DNA from: Candidatus Lustribacter sp.
Lineage (GTDB): Bacteria; Vulcanimicrobiota; Vulcanimicrobiia; Vulcanimicrobiales; Vulcanimicrobiaceae
Reading direction: 5' to 3'
Assembly (NCBI GenBank): GCA_965277805.1
Contig: OZ255842.1
Span: forward strand, 3,424,001-3,488,000
Length of the DNA stretch: 64,000 bases
The notes below the pieces were generated by a model. It had not been told where the DNA came from, did not search any database, and worked only from the letters and a program-made list of their open reading frames with translations. The number at the start of each line of letters is the position of its first letter. Position 1 is the stretch's first letter. The position numbers and the translations under genes are program-made. Of the stretch, positions 1-9,284 are shown piece by piece.

Positions 1-326
1 TCTGCAAGCAACTCGCCGGATTCGAGTGCGAATCACGCGCGTCACAGCGCGAATCGAAGTCGGCCGTTGACTTCCGCTTTCGCCCGAACGGTTCTCGTAA
101 GTGGACGGTCGCGGCGATCATCATCGGGCCTTACCGCGATCAGAGCCTCTACAAGCTGCGCTTGGACGATTGGCTGATCAAGGCGCTCGGTTTGACGCTC
201 CTGTACGAGCGGGTCATCTTGGTCGCTCCTACCACAACGTTGAAGCGTCAGTGCACTGCGTGGCTACGCGCCCACAAGCTCGTGCTCCCCAATCTAGAAA
301 TACCGGTCATCACGCCCGTCCCGTGA
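1..326 (+). CDS. 3' end of a hypothetical protein (runs in from the window edge)
   Basis: Frame 3 is open from base 3 to TGA at 324-326 (CKQLAGFE...AVDFRFRPNGSRKWTVAAIIIGPY...YERVILVAP...LEIPVITPVP*). Globular-looking composition; not listed in the ORF track. Confidence 0.5.
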   Translation, partial: CKQLAGFECESRASQRESKSAVDFRFRPNGSRKWTVAAIIIGPYRDQSLYKLRLDDWLIKALGLTLLYERVILVAPTTTLKRQCTAWLRAHKLVLPNLEIPVITPVP

Positions 327-358
327 TCGCAGGGCTTCGTCCCGGCGGTTCCGTAAGG

Positions 359-364
359 TATGAT
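359..364 (+). promoter_or_regulatory. possible -10 element (TATGAT) for the 405-8229 operon
   Basis: TATGAT 40 nt upstream of ATG 405 in a GC-rich background; no clear -35. Confidence 0.3.
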
Positions 365-404
365 TCAGGCCGAATAGCGACCCGCGGACCCGCAAACGGG
401 GGAT

Positions 405-1664
405 GTGTACGTGGAACTCCTACAGCAGACCGAGGCCGAGAAACGCTACATCCCCCGCGAGCGGCGCCTCAGCCCCGCGCTCGGCCCGTTGAGCATCCCC
501 GCGTCGGGCTTCATGCACAACTTCATCGCTTCCGCGATTGAAACGCGTGCCCGGCCTTTCGTCGGCGTGAGGCGCCTGTCGGATCCGGAGCCGCCGCAAC
601 CGGCACCGCTGCGGTCGACCGGCGATTCCACCGCGTCGATGGTCGCGGCAGCACAGGCATTTCTGGATAGCCTATCGCTCGAGCAGCGCTACGGCTGTCA
701 CGTCGGCATCGAAAGCGACGTGTACCGTTCGTGGTGCAACTTCCACTCGTTTCTCTTTCGCCGCGGCGCGGTTCTACACGATCTCAGCGAAACGCAGCGC
801 GACCTCGCGCTCACACTGCTGAAGGAAAGCATGGGCGAGGCCGGCTTCGAGACCGCGCGCAACATCATGCGGCTCAACGAATACTTGGGCGATGTGACCG
901 GCCGTCCCGACGAATTCGGTCAGTGGTATTACTGGCTGAGCATCATGGGCATGCCCTCAGCCACGGAACCCTGGGGTTTTCAACTCGACGGCCACCACCT
1001 CAACATCAATTGCTTCGTGCTGGGCGATCAAGTCGTTCTGACGCCGACGTTCATGGGCTCGGAACCGGTGTCGGCCGACAGTGGGCCGTACGCCGGCACG
1101 CGCGTTCTCGCTGAAGAGGAAGCCCGCGCGCTGCGGCTGATGGAATCGCTGACTCCCGAACAAGCGGCCAAGGCCGTGGTCGGAACAGAACTGCCGTTCG
1201 ACGTCTTCGGGCACGCATTCAACGACGACTACGTCGTGCCGGACGAAGGCCTCAGCACTGCCGAGATGAGCCCGGCGCAACGCGAATTGCTGACCGATCT
1301 CATTCGCATCTACACCGCGCGCGAACGCGATGGGCAAAACCGGCTCGCCGCGGTGCTCGCGCACCTCGACGACACGCGCTTTACCGTGATCGGCGGATGG
1401 GAAGGCGAGAGCGCGTTCTACTACCGCGTCGACAATCGGGCGATCGTCATCGAGTTCGTCCATCAGCCCGGCGTGATGTTCGCCAACGATCTGCCGTCGC
1501 GCCGGCAAGCGCACACGCTGGTTCGCACGCCGAACGGCAACGACTACGGCAAGTCGCTGCTGCGCCAATACTACGAACGCGTGCGCGCCACGGCCGGCCA
1601 AGCTACGGAAACGTTCCACCGTCCATCGGAAAATCCGATGGACGATCTGCGCCGGGGCTCCTAA
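405..1664 (+). CDS. DUF3500 domain-containing protein
   Basis: Family motifs WGFQLDGHHLNIN, TPTFMGSEP, YYRV...IVIEF and HTLVRTPNGNDYG. Confidence 0.85.
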   Translation: MYVELLQQTEAEKRYIPRERRLSPALGPLSIPASGFMHNFIASAIETRARPFVGVRRLSDPEPPQPAPLRSTGDSTASMVAAAQAFLDSLSLEQRYGCHVGIESDVYRSWCNFHSFLFRRGAVLHDLSETQRDLALTLLKESMGEAGFETARNIMRLNEYLGDVTGRPDEFGQWYYWLSIMGMPSATEPWGFQLDGHHLNINCFVLGDQVVLTPTFMGSEPVSADSGPYAGTRVLAEEEARALRLMESLTPEQAAKAVVGTELPFDVFGHAFNDDYVVPDEGLSTAEMSPAQRELLTDLIRIYTARERDGQNRLAAVLAHLDDTRFTVIGGWEGESAFYYRVDNRAIVIEFVHQPGVMFANDLPSRRQAHTLVRTPNGNDYGKSLLRQYYERVRATAGQATETFHRPSENPMDDLRRGS

Positions 1665-1667
1665 GAC

Positions 1668-2849
1668 ATGTCGACGGCTGCGGCCGCCGGCGCGGCGACC
1701 TCGTCCGACGTCATCGCAGCAGCCTACGAACTCGTGCCCGTGCTGCGCGCCCAAGCGGCCGCGTGCGAGCGCGAGCGCCGCGTGTCCGACGCAACGATCG
1801 ATGCACTCCACGGAGCCCGCCTGTTCGATATCGTCAAACCGCGCCGCTATGGCGGCTTCGAACTCGGCTGGGACGTGTTTTGTGAAGCCGTGGTCGCCAT
1901 CGCGTCGGGCTGTGGTTCCACCGGCTGGGTCTATGCGGTCGTTGGCGGCCATGCGCCGGTTGCGGCCCGGTTTGGGACGGACTTCCTCGATGAGATGTGG
2001 GGCGAGAACCCGCGCGCGCTCATGTCATCGTGCCGCCGCGGCAGCGGCCAGTTGACTCCTGTCAGCGGCGGTTTTCGCGCGACAGGCAGCGGACTTTACA
2101 GCAGCGGTTGTTTGAATGCCGATTGGGTGATCGTCGAGGACATGCCCGTCGTCGGATCGGCGCAGACCGTGACGATGGTGATTCCGCGGCGCGATGTGAC
2201 GGTGCTCGACACCTGGCACGTGGTCGGCCTCTGCGGCACGGGCAGCAACGATCTCACGTTCGAGGATCTGTTCGTTCCCGGCCACCGCATTTGGTATCCC
2301 GGCAAAGCGCCGAGCGGCGCCGCACTCGAGGGCGCGCTCTTTCGCACGCCGCACCTTGGCGGCCCGTACGCCTTACCGGCAGTCCTGCTCGGCATTGCGC
2401 TCGGATCGCTCGAGCAGTTCATCGCATTCACCGCCAAGCGTACGCGCCGCGCGCTCGCCTTGAGCGCAACGGAGAGCATGCAGATGCGCGTGGGCGAGTC
2501 CGCCGCCGAATTGGATGCGGCGCATACGCTGCTGCGCGTGAAGCTGCAAGAGCTGATGGCAACCTGGGGTGGTCTCGAGCGCGACGACGACGGCATCTTA
2601 CCGGCCGGCGGCAAAGACGCGGGCTACGAGCACTTGCTCATGACGTTCGTAGCGCAAGCGTCGTACTCAGCGATCAATCGCCTGATGTTAGCCGCCGGCG
2701 CGAGTCAAATGAAGCTCTCGGAATCGTTCCAACGTTCGTTCCGCGACGTGCTGGCCGGCATCCAGCAGCCCAGCAACGATTGGGATCGCGGCCGCATCGA
2801 TGGCGGCCGGGCGCTCTTCGCGGCGCAGCGGAAGGCCTCCGATGCGTAA
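1668..2849 (+). CDS. acyl-CoA dehydrogenase-fold flavin-dependent monooxygenase (HsaA/C2-HpaH-like oxygenase subunit)
   Basis: ERERRV...PRRYGGFE, CGSTGW, YSSGCLNADW, DTWHVVGLCGTGSND, FQRSFRD. Confidence 0.85.
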   Translation: MSTAAAAGAATSSDVIAAAYELVPVLRAQAAACERERRVSDATIDALHGARLFDIVKPRRYGGFELGWDVFCEAVVAIASGCGSTGWVYAVVGGHAPVAARFGTDFLDEMWGENPRALMSSCRRGSGQLTPVSGGFRATGSGLYSSGCLNADWVIVEDMPVVGSAQTVTMVIPRRDVTVLDTWHVVGLCGTGSNDLTFEDLFVPGHRIWYPGKAPSGAALEGALFRTPHLGGPYALPAVLLGIALGSLEQFIAFTAKRTRRALALSATESMQMRVGESAAELDAAHTLLRVKLQELMATWGGLERDDDGILPAGGKDAGYEHLLMTFVAQASYSAINRLMLAAGASQMKLSESFQRSFRDVLAGIQQPSNDWDRGRIDGGRALFAAQRKASDA

Positions 2850-3651
2850 CATCGCCGATCCCGCGCTCAGCGCACCCGTAAACGGAGCGAGCGCGAGCGC
2901 TCCGCTCATCGAGTTCCGGAACACGAGCCTCACGCTCGGCGACCGTTCGATTGTGGACGACGTCTCACTGCGCATCAACAAGGGCGAGTTCGTCTGCCTC
3001 GTTGGTGCCTCCGGCTGCGGCAAGACCACGCTGCTGCGGCTATTGGCCGGGTTACTGCATCCGACGTCGGGCGCCGTGTTCTACGACGGCAAACCGGTGA
3101 CGCAGCCGCGCCGCGACATCGCGGTCGTGTTCCAGGATTACAGCAAAGCGCTGTTGCCCTGGCGCAATGCATTCGATAATGTCGCGTTGCCGCTGGAAGA
3201 TTCGCCGTTGAATAAGCACGCGCGCGTGGAGCGCGTGTTAGAGCTGCTCGCGTGCGTTGGCCTTGTCGCCGAGCAAAAGAAATTTCCCGCGCAGTTATCG
3301 GGTGGCATGCAACAACGTTTGCAAATCGCGCGCTGCCTCGCTCAAGACCCGGTCGCGCTGCTGATGGACGAGCCGTTCGGTGCGCTCGACGCGCTCACGC
3401 GCCAATCGCTTCAGGACGAGATGCAAGAGATCACGGCGCGCAGCGGCGCAACGATCTTCTTCGTTACGCACGATTTGGAAGAAGCGATCTACCTGGGCGA
3501 CCGCGTGATCGGCATGAAACCCGGGCGTCCGGTGACCGAATTCCTCGTCGACATTCCGCGCCCGCGCAATCAATTGGACACGCCGGAGCACCCGGAATTC
3601 TTGCGCCTGCGGCGCGCGCTCCTCGAGTTCATCAAAGGCGTCGCTCCGTGA
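2842..3651 (+). CDS. NitT/TauT-family ABC transporter ATP-binding protein
   Basis: Walker A GASGCGKT, LSGGMQQR, LLMDEPFGALD, VTHD. ATG 2842 overlaps the upstream gene end. Confidence 0.95.
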   Translation: MRNIADPALSAPVNGASASAPLIEFRNTSLTLGDRSIVDDVSLRINKGEFVCLVGASGCGKTTLLRLLAGLLHPTSGAVFYDGKPVTQPRRDIAVVFQDYSKALLPWRNAFDNVALPLEDSPLNKHARVERVLELLACVGLVAEQKKFPAQLSGGMQQRLQIARCLAQDPVALLMDEPFGALDALTRQSLQDEMQEITARSGATIFFVTHDLEEAIYLGDRVIGMKPGRPVTEFLVDIPRPRNQLDTPEHPEFLRLRRALLEFIKGVAP

Positions 3652-4394
3652 AGCGCCGCGGCTTCGATTGGCGCGGTGCGGTCGTCCCCATCGCCGCGAT
3701 CGTGATCGTGCAGGTTTACGTCATGACCTCACGCGTCAAGTTCGACAATATCGCAGCGCCCACGGCCATTGCGGTCGCCGGTTGGCACGCCGTCGCCGAC
3801 GGAACACTGCTCCGCGCGACCTTCGAAACGTTGGGGTCGGCCCTCGGCGGTTTGGCTATCGGCACGGTTTTGGGTTTGGCCCTGGGGTTGCTGTTCGGGT
3901 TATGGCCGCCGCTCAACCGCGCAATGCTGCTCAGCGTCGAAGCCGTGCGGCCGATTCCGTCGGTGGCGCTCGTGCCGGTGGCGCTGTTGATCTTCGGCTT
4001 CGGCTACCGCATGGAGATGCTGCTGGTGGCGCACGGCACCCTGTGGCCCGTGCTGATCTTCACGCGCGCCGGCGTGCGCGCCGTCGAGCCGCGGCTGCTG
4101 GAAGTCTCCCGGCTGCTGGGCTTCAATCTCTGGCAGCGCATCTGGCGCATCGTGCTGCCGGCAGCGCTGAGTCAGATCTTCGTTGGCTTTCGCGTTGCGG
4201 CGGCGCTCGCGCTCGTGATCGCCGTGACGGTCGAGATCAGCGCGAATCCGCTCGGCATCGGTAACGGCTTGATGACGGCCGAACAAACGCTGCGACCGGG
4301 ACTCATGTACGCCTTCATCGTGTGGCTCGGACTCATCGGCTGGACGCTGAACGTCGTGCTCGTGCAGGCGCAGCGGCGCTTGTGGGCGCGATGA
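3648..4394 (+). CDS. NitT/TauT-family ABC permease
   Basis: GTGA overlap with the ATPase stop; RPIPSVALVP; EAA-like loop LLEVSRLLG...IVLPAAL. Confidence 0.92.
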   Translation: MKRRGFDWRGAVVPIAAIVIVQVYVMTSRVKFDNIAAPTAIAVAGWHAVADGTLLRATFETLGSALGGLAIGTVLGLALGLLFGLWPPLNRAMLLSVEAVRPIPSVALVPVALLIFGFGYRMEMLLVAHGTLWPVLIFTRAGVRAVEPRLLEVSRLLGFNLWQRIWRIVLPAALSQIFVGFRVAAALALVIAVTVEISANPLGIGNGLMTAEQTLRPGLMYAFIVWLGLIGWTLNVVLVQAQRRLWAR

Positions 4395-5170
4395 ACGCGC
4401 GCCTGCTGCTCACCGCAGTCGCGAGCGTGCTCGTGTTCGCGGGGCTGATCTTCGTATGGAAAGTAATCACCGACGCCGGCTGGGTGTCGCCGATCTTCTT
4501 GCCGGGACCGGGCAACGCGTGGGCCAGTATCGTTACCGGCTTCACCACCGGGACGCTCGGGTTTCAACTCGGAGAAACGGTGACGCGCATGCTGGCGGGT
4601 TGGGTCATCGCGTCCGTCATCGGCATTGGTCTCGGTTGTCTCATCGGGATATCGAGCACGGCGAAAGCCTATCTCGGGCCGACGGTCGAGCTCATGCGCC
4701 CGGTGCCGGCGTCGGCGGTCGTGCCGGTCTGCATTGCGTTTCTCGGCCTCAACGATACGATGGCGCTCACGGTCATCGTGTTCGGTTCGCTGTGGCCCGT
4801 ACTGCTGGCAACGGTCAACGGTTTCGAGTCGGTCGAACCGCAGCTCTACGAAATGGCGCAAACGCTCTGCATGCGGCGCTGGGATGTCGCGCGGAAGATC
4901 GCGCTGCCGAGCGCGATGCCCGACATCCTGGCCGGCTTGCGCGTCGGCGTGACGCTCGCGCTCGTGTTGGCCGTGCTCGGTGAAATGATGGCCAGCCGCG
5001 ACGGGCTCGGCCAGTGGATCGTGTTCGCCGGCCGTTCATTCCATGCCGCCGATCTCTTCGCCGGCGTCATTCTTTTGGGACTCTTAGGGATCATCACTGC
5101 AAGCATCGTTGCGGGCCTCGAAGCCGTGCTCTTACGGTGGCGAGGAACCGAAACGGGGAGGTTTCCATGA
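4391..5170 (+). CDS. NitT/TauT-family ABC permease
   Basis: ATGA overlap; MRPVPASA; YEMAQTL...IALPSAMPDILAGLR. Confidence 0.92.
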   Translation: MNARLLLTAVASVLVFAGLIFVWKVITDAGWVSPIFLPGPGNAWASIVTGFTTGTLGFQLGETVTRMLAGWVIASVIGIGLGCLIGISSTAKAYLGPTVELMRPVPASAVVPVCIAFLGLNDTMALTVIVFGSLWPVLLATVNGFESVEPQLYEMAQTLCMRRWDVARKIALPSAMPDILAGLRVGVTLALVLAVLGEMMASRDGLGQWIVFAGRSFHAADLFAGVILLGLLGIITASIVAGLEAVLLRWRGTETGRFP

Positions 5171-6090
5171 CACGTTGGCTGCTCGGCGTTCTTACCGCAG
5201 TTGCGCTCATCATCAACGTTCCGGCCGCGCCGGCGAATGCGGACCCGGTGAAGCTCACGATCGGGCACGGCTTTACGAGCGACGTGGTCAGTATCTACGT
5301 GGCCAAAAACGAAGGCATGTTCGCCAAACACGGGATCGACGCGACGCTGACGCCGATCGGCAATCCGCAAAACCTGTTGACCGGCTTGTTCGCCGGCAGC
5401 TTGCAGATCATCATGAGCAATACGGTGCAGTTCTTGACCGCCGTCAACGGCGGGCTCGACTTCGTGGTCATCGCGGGCGGCAACCGGATGAACAAGAGCA
5501 ACGACCCGATCGGCCTCGTGTTGCGGCCCGACGCCAAGTACGCGTCGCCCGAAGACCTCAAAGGCTTGACGATCGCCGTGCCGGGCTTCAATAGCGGCAC
5601 GTTCATGCTCTTGAAGGAGTGGCTGGCGACGAAGCACGTGCCGGCCGAGCAGATCAACTTCGTGGAAAGTTCGATGCCCAGCGAAGGCGATATGCTCAAA
5701 GGACACAAGGTCGACGGAGTCCTGACCGCCGAGCCGTTTCGCACGCAGATCGTCGGCGCCGGAACCGGCAAGTTGGTGGCAAAGTTCTATACCGAGGTGA
5801 TTCCGGATCAGCCGGCGACCTTCTGGGTCGCGACACGCGCGTGGGCGCAAGCGAATCCCCAACTCGTCGCGGCTTTCCGCTCGAGCTTGGCGGATGCGTC
5901 AGCCTGGATTCCGGCCCACGTCGATCAGACGAAGGCCATCGAGCAACAGGCCTTCGGTTCGTCGGACGGCGAGATGCCGGCGTTCAACCCGACGGTCACG
6001 CCGAAGGATCTGGCAACGATCTACACGATCGGAAAGCAGCTCGGCATGTTTACGAAACCGATCGACGTCAACACGTTGATCGTGCGTTAG
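5167..6090 (+). CDS. NitT/TauT (SsuA/NMT1-like) ABC substrate-binding protein
   Basis: ATGA overlap, GGAGG RBS, signal peptide ending ANA-D; YVAKNEGMFAKHGID, DLKGLTIAV, AEPF. Confidence 0.92.
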   Translation: MTRWLLGVLTAVALIINVPAAPANADPVKLTIGHGFTSDVVSIYVAKNEGMFAKHGIDATLTPIGNPQNLLTGLFAGSLQIIMSNTVQFLTAVNGGLDFVVIAGGNRMNKSNDPIGLVLRPDAKYASPEDLKGLTIAVPGFNSGTFMLLKEWLATKHVPAEQINFVESSMPSEGDMLKGHKVDGVLTAEPFRTQIVGAGTGKLVAKFYTEVIPDQPATFWVATRAWAQANPQLVAAFRSSLADASAWIPAHVDQTKAIEQQAFGSSDGEMPAFNPTVTPKDLATIYTIGKQLGMFTKPIDVNTLIVR

Positions 6091-6093
6091 CCG

Positions 6094-7083
6094 ATGGCGC
6101 TCACAACACCGGAAGTCACCTTCGGCATCGGCACCGTCGTGCTCGGCGATCAGCCCGAAACCGCGGTCGTCATCGACGATCAGATGCTGACCTTGCGCGA
6201 AATCGTCAGGCGCTACTCGACCCCGCACGCCGTTGCGCCGCCGGTCCGTATCGTGCTCGACGACTGGGACCGCTGGTACGACTGGCTGCGCGGACTCGAC
6301 CTTCGCCCGTCCGTCGACGACGGTTGGAAGCACATGGACACGGTCAAGTTCACGATGCCGATCCCCGATCCGGTGAACATCTTCCACACGTTTCACAACT
6401 ACGTCCGGCCGAGCAGCACGACGGGCAAAGTCGATCCCCCCAAAGCCGAACGCGTGCTGCCCGATCTGTTTCTCGGATCGCGGTCGGCGCTGTCGGGCCA
6501 TGGCGATACGGTCGAACGCGAGCACGGCGGCATCGAGTTCGACTTTGAACTCGAGGTGACGGCAGTGATCGGCAAGACCGCATTTCGTGTGCCGGCCGAG
6601 CGCGCCGATGAGTACGTCGCCGGCTACACGATCGCGAACGACCTGACGATGCACTTCGGCTGGTGGCGAACGATCCGCCAGAACACGCGCCTCAACGACA
6701 ACATTCGCATGAAGAACTTTCCGGGCTACACGCCGATGGGCCGGGTGATCGTCCCGCGTGACGTGGTCGGCGACGCCAACGATCTTGCGTTGAAGGTGCG
6801 CGTCGACGGCGAACTGCGCGTCGACTCGAGCACCAGCGGCATGATCTGGAAAGTGAACGAGCTGGTCGAGTACTTGTCGTGGATCATGCCGCTCCATCCG
6901 GGCGACGTCATCCTCGCCGGCTCGCCGGAAGAATTGCCGCTGCCGCCGGGCGAGAAGCGCGGCCTGAAAACCGGTCAGACCGTGGAGTGTGAAGTCGAAC
7001 GGCTCGGTCGCCTCGCCACGCACATCGCGGAACAGTCGGCATTACAGCCCAACGAACGCCCCGTCGTCGACACACGGACATAA
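6094..7083 (+). CDS. fumarylacetoacetate hydrolase family protein
   Basis: DFELEVTAVIGK, GYTIANDLT, KNFPGYTPMG, LHPGDVILAGSP. Confidence 0.9.
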   Translation: MALTTPEVTFGIGTVVLGDQPETAVVIDDQMLTLREIVRRYSTPHAVAPPVRIVLDDWDRWYDWLRGLDLRPSVDDGWKHMDTVKFTMPIPDPVNIFHTFHNYVRPSSTTGKVDPPKAERVLPDLFLGSRSALSGHGDTVEREHGGIEFDFELEVTAVIGKTAFRVPAERADEYVAGYTIANDLTMHFGWWRTIRQNTRLNDNIRMKNFPGYTPMGRVIVPRDVVGDANDLALKVRVDGELRVDSSTSGMIWKVNELVEYLSWIMPLHPGDVILAGSPEELPLPPGEKRGLKTGQTVECEVERLGRLATHIAEQSALQPNERPVVDTRT

Positions 7084-8229
7084 ATGCTGAAGATTTATTG
7101 CGCAACTCACGAAGGCGTCGCCGTCTTGACGCCGCAGGGCACAACATGGACCGTCGCGAGCGAGTTCTTGCGCGGCAGCATCATCGACTGCGTCGAGCCG
7201 CGGCCGAACACGCCGGGTTCCGTTTTCGCCGGCGACACGCAGGGCGGGCTCTACCGCACTGACGACGGCGGAAAGAATTGGCGCAAACTCCACGACGGCC
7301 GCGTGCGCGCGATCAAGGTCGATCCGAGCGACGATCGCATCGTCTACGTCGGCACGGAGCCGGTGCAGCTCTTCCGCAGCGAGGACGCCGGCGAATCCTG
7401 GACCGAGATCGAGTCGCTGCAGCGGCTGCCGGAAGAAACGCGGGTCAAACTCGGCGTCGCGGCCGGCGCAGCAGATTACGACTTCTCCAAACCGACGTTC
7501 CGTCATGGCCGGCAAGAGTGGACCTTTCCGATCGCACCGTACATCGGCCACGTCACCGAGATCTTCGTGCGCCCGGACGACCCGAACGAGATTTGGTTAT
7601 CGATCGAGCATGGCGGCATCGCGCGCTCCGTCGATCGCGGCGCGACGTGGGACGACGCCAGCGCCGGCATCGACTACCTCGACATCCACAAGCTGATCCG
7701 GCTGCCGATGACGCAAGACTGCTACGTCGTCTCGTCGGCCCGCGGTTTGTACGCCGCGGCCGATCCGCTGGATGGCTGGTCGCGAGCGGAAAACGGCATC
7801 GACCGCAACTACTTCCACGAACTCTTGGCGCTACCGAGTGCGCCGGGAGCGGCACCGCCGCTGCTCGTGTGCACCGGCGAAAATTCACCGGCGCGGTGGG
7901 AAGCAACGAAGGGCGACGGTCAGTGGACCGCCGGAGCGCGTGGCGCGCGCTTTGCGCTCTTCCGCAGCGACGACGCCGCACGGTCGTGGCGCCGCATCGG
8001 CGTAGGACCAGATCTCCCCGAGGAAATGGATCCGATGATCTGGGCGCTGCGCTCGCATCCGACCGAACCGCGGAGCATCTTCGCGGCCGTCGGCGAGGTG
8101 GGACGCGGTTACGCGATGGGCTGGGCCGGCCGCGGCTGGGTGTTGCAGTCCGACGACGAGGGCGAGAGCTGGCGCCGCATCGCGGACGACTTGCCCGCGC
8201 TGCGGCAGCTGGCCGTAACCGAAGAGTAG
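7084..8229 (+). CDS. BNR/Asp-box repeat beta-propeller protein, no signal peptide
   Basis: Five Asp-boxes: RTDDGGKNW, RSEDAGESW, RSVDRGATW, RSDDAARSW, QSDDEGESW. Starts directly after the FAH stop. Confidence 0.85.
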   Translation: MLKIYCATHEGVAVLTPQGTTWTVASEFLRGSIIDCVEPRPNTPGSVFAGDTQGGLYRTDDGGKNWRKLHDGRVRAIKVDPSDDRIVYVGTEPVQLFRSEDAGESWTEIESLQRLPEETRVKLGVAAGAADYDFSKPTFRHGRQEWTFPIAPYIGHVTEIFVRPDDPNEIWLSIEHGGIARSVDRGATWDDASAGIDYLDIHKLIRLPMTQDCYVVSSARGLYAAADPLDGWSRAENGIDRNYFHELLALPSAPGAAPPLLVCTGENSPARWEATKGDGQWTAGARGARFALFRSDDAARSWRRIGVGPDLPEEMDPMIWALRSHPTEPRSIFAAVGEVGRGYAMGWAGRGWVLQSDDEGESWRRIADDLPALRQLAVTEE

Positions 8230-8233
8230 TTCG

Positions 8234-9163
8234 TTACTTGAAGATCAGCGAGCTCGTGTCGATGTTCTTCGTGAAAACCCCCTGCTGCTTGCCCATCACG
8301 TAGAACGTCTCGAGATCCTTGGGCGCAACGCCCGGCGTAAAAAATCCGAGAATCGGATCGGCCGAGCCGAACACGCTCACCTCGAGCGCCCGGGTCTTAT
8401 CCTGATTGGCATTGATGTAACGCGCCGCCTCAATTAAGCTCTCGCGAAACGCAGCGACGACTTGCGGGTTGCTCTGCGCCCACGCGCGGGTGGAGATCCA
8501 GAAGATCGACGGCCGGTCGGGTGCGAGGTCGTGCATGAAGTGCGAGATCAGCTTGCCCGCGCCGTTCTTCGGAATCTCGGAGAGGTACGGCTCGATCGCG
8601 AGCACGCCATCGAGTTTGTGCCCTTGCAGCAGATCGTTCTCCGCCGACATTTGCACTTCGACGAAGTGCAGTTGCGCCGGATCGACGTGCCGCTGCAGCA
8701 GCCAGCCTTTGAACGCCATGAAGGCCGCGCTGTTGAACCCGGGTACGCCGATCGAAAGCCCCTTGAGATCCGCCGGCGTGGAATATGGAACGTCGGTGCG
8801 GAGGTCGAGCCCGACCGGATCCTTCGCGGCCGTCACCCGCGTACCGCCGGCGATCACGACGAAGTCCAGGCCGCCGTTGACCGCGGTCAGGAGCTGCACG
8901 GGATTGCTCATCGCGATCTGCGTTTGCCCGGAGAAAAGACCGGTCATGACGACTTGCGGGGATCCGATCGACGTCAGCGTTGCATCGATGTGGTGCTTGG
9001 CAAAGAAGCCTTCGTTCTTGGCCACGTAGACCTCGATCGTTTCGCCGGCTAAGCCGTTCACGATGCTGACCGGCACCATCGCCGGCGGGTCGGCCGCAGC
9101 GGTGGCGGCAGTGAGTTGCGCCAGTAGCAGCGCGCAAATGAGCCAAGCCCCAAAACGTCGCAT
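8234..9163 (-). CDS. NitT/TauT ABC substrate-binding protein (paralog of 5167-6090)
   Basis: GAGAGG RBS before ATG 9163, signal peptide; YVAKNEGFFAKHHID, LTAVNGGLDFVVIAGG. Confidence 0.92.
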   Translation of the reverse strand: MRRFGAWLICALLLAQLTAATAAADPPAMVPVSIVNGLAGETIEVYVAKNEGFFAKHHIDATLTSIGSPQVVMTGLFSGQTQIAMSNPVQLLTAVNGGLDFVVIAGGTRVTAAKDPVGLDLRTDVPYSTPADLKGLSIGVPGFNSAAFMAFKGWLLQRHVDPAQLHFVEVQMSAENDLLQGHKLDGVLAIEPYLSEIPKNGAGKLISHFMHDLAPDRPSIFWISTRAWAQSNPQVVAAFRESLIEAARYINANQDKTRALEVSVFGSADPILGFFTPGVAPKDLETFYVMGKQQGVFTKNIDTSSLIFK

Positions 9164-9284
9164 CGTCGTACCTCTCGGGCGAAAATAGATATCGATCAAT
9201 GTTCGGAGAGCGCAAGCGGTTTCCGCCATTTTGCCGGACGGTTGCGCGCAGGCATTCAACCGCGCCGGCGGCGTAGTGTCAAGC

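Noticed and set aside
389-403. Hairpin cccg-caaa-cggg over the DUF3500 RBS as a riboswitch
   Set aside because: A 4-bp stem is expected by chance in GC-rich DNA, and no aptamer consensus was recognised.
101-541. 146-aa + strand ORF
   Set aside because: Arg/Pro-rich, no motifs, overlaps both the frame-3 edge ORF and DUF3500.
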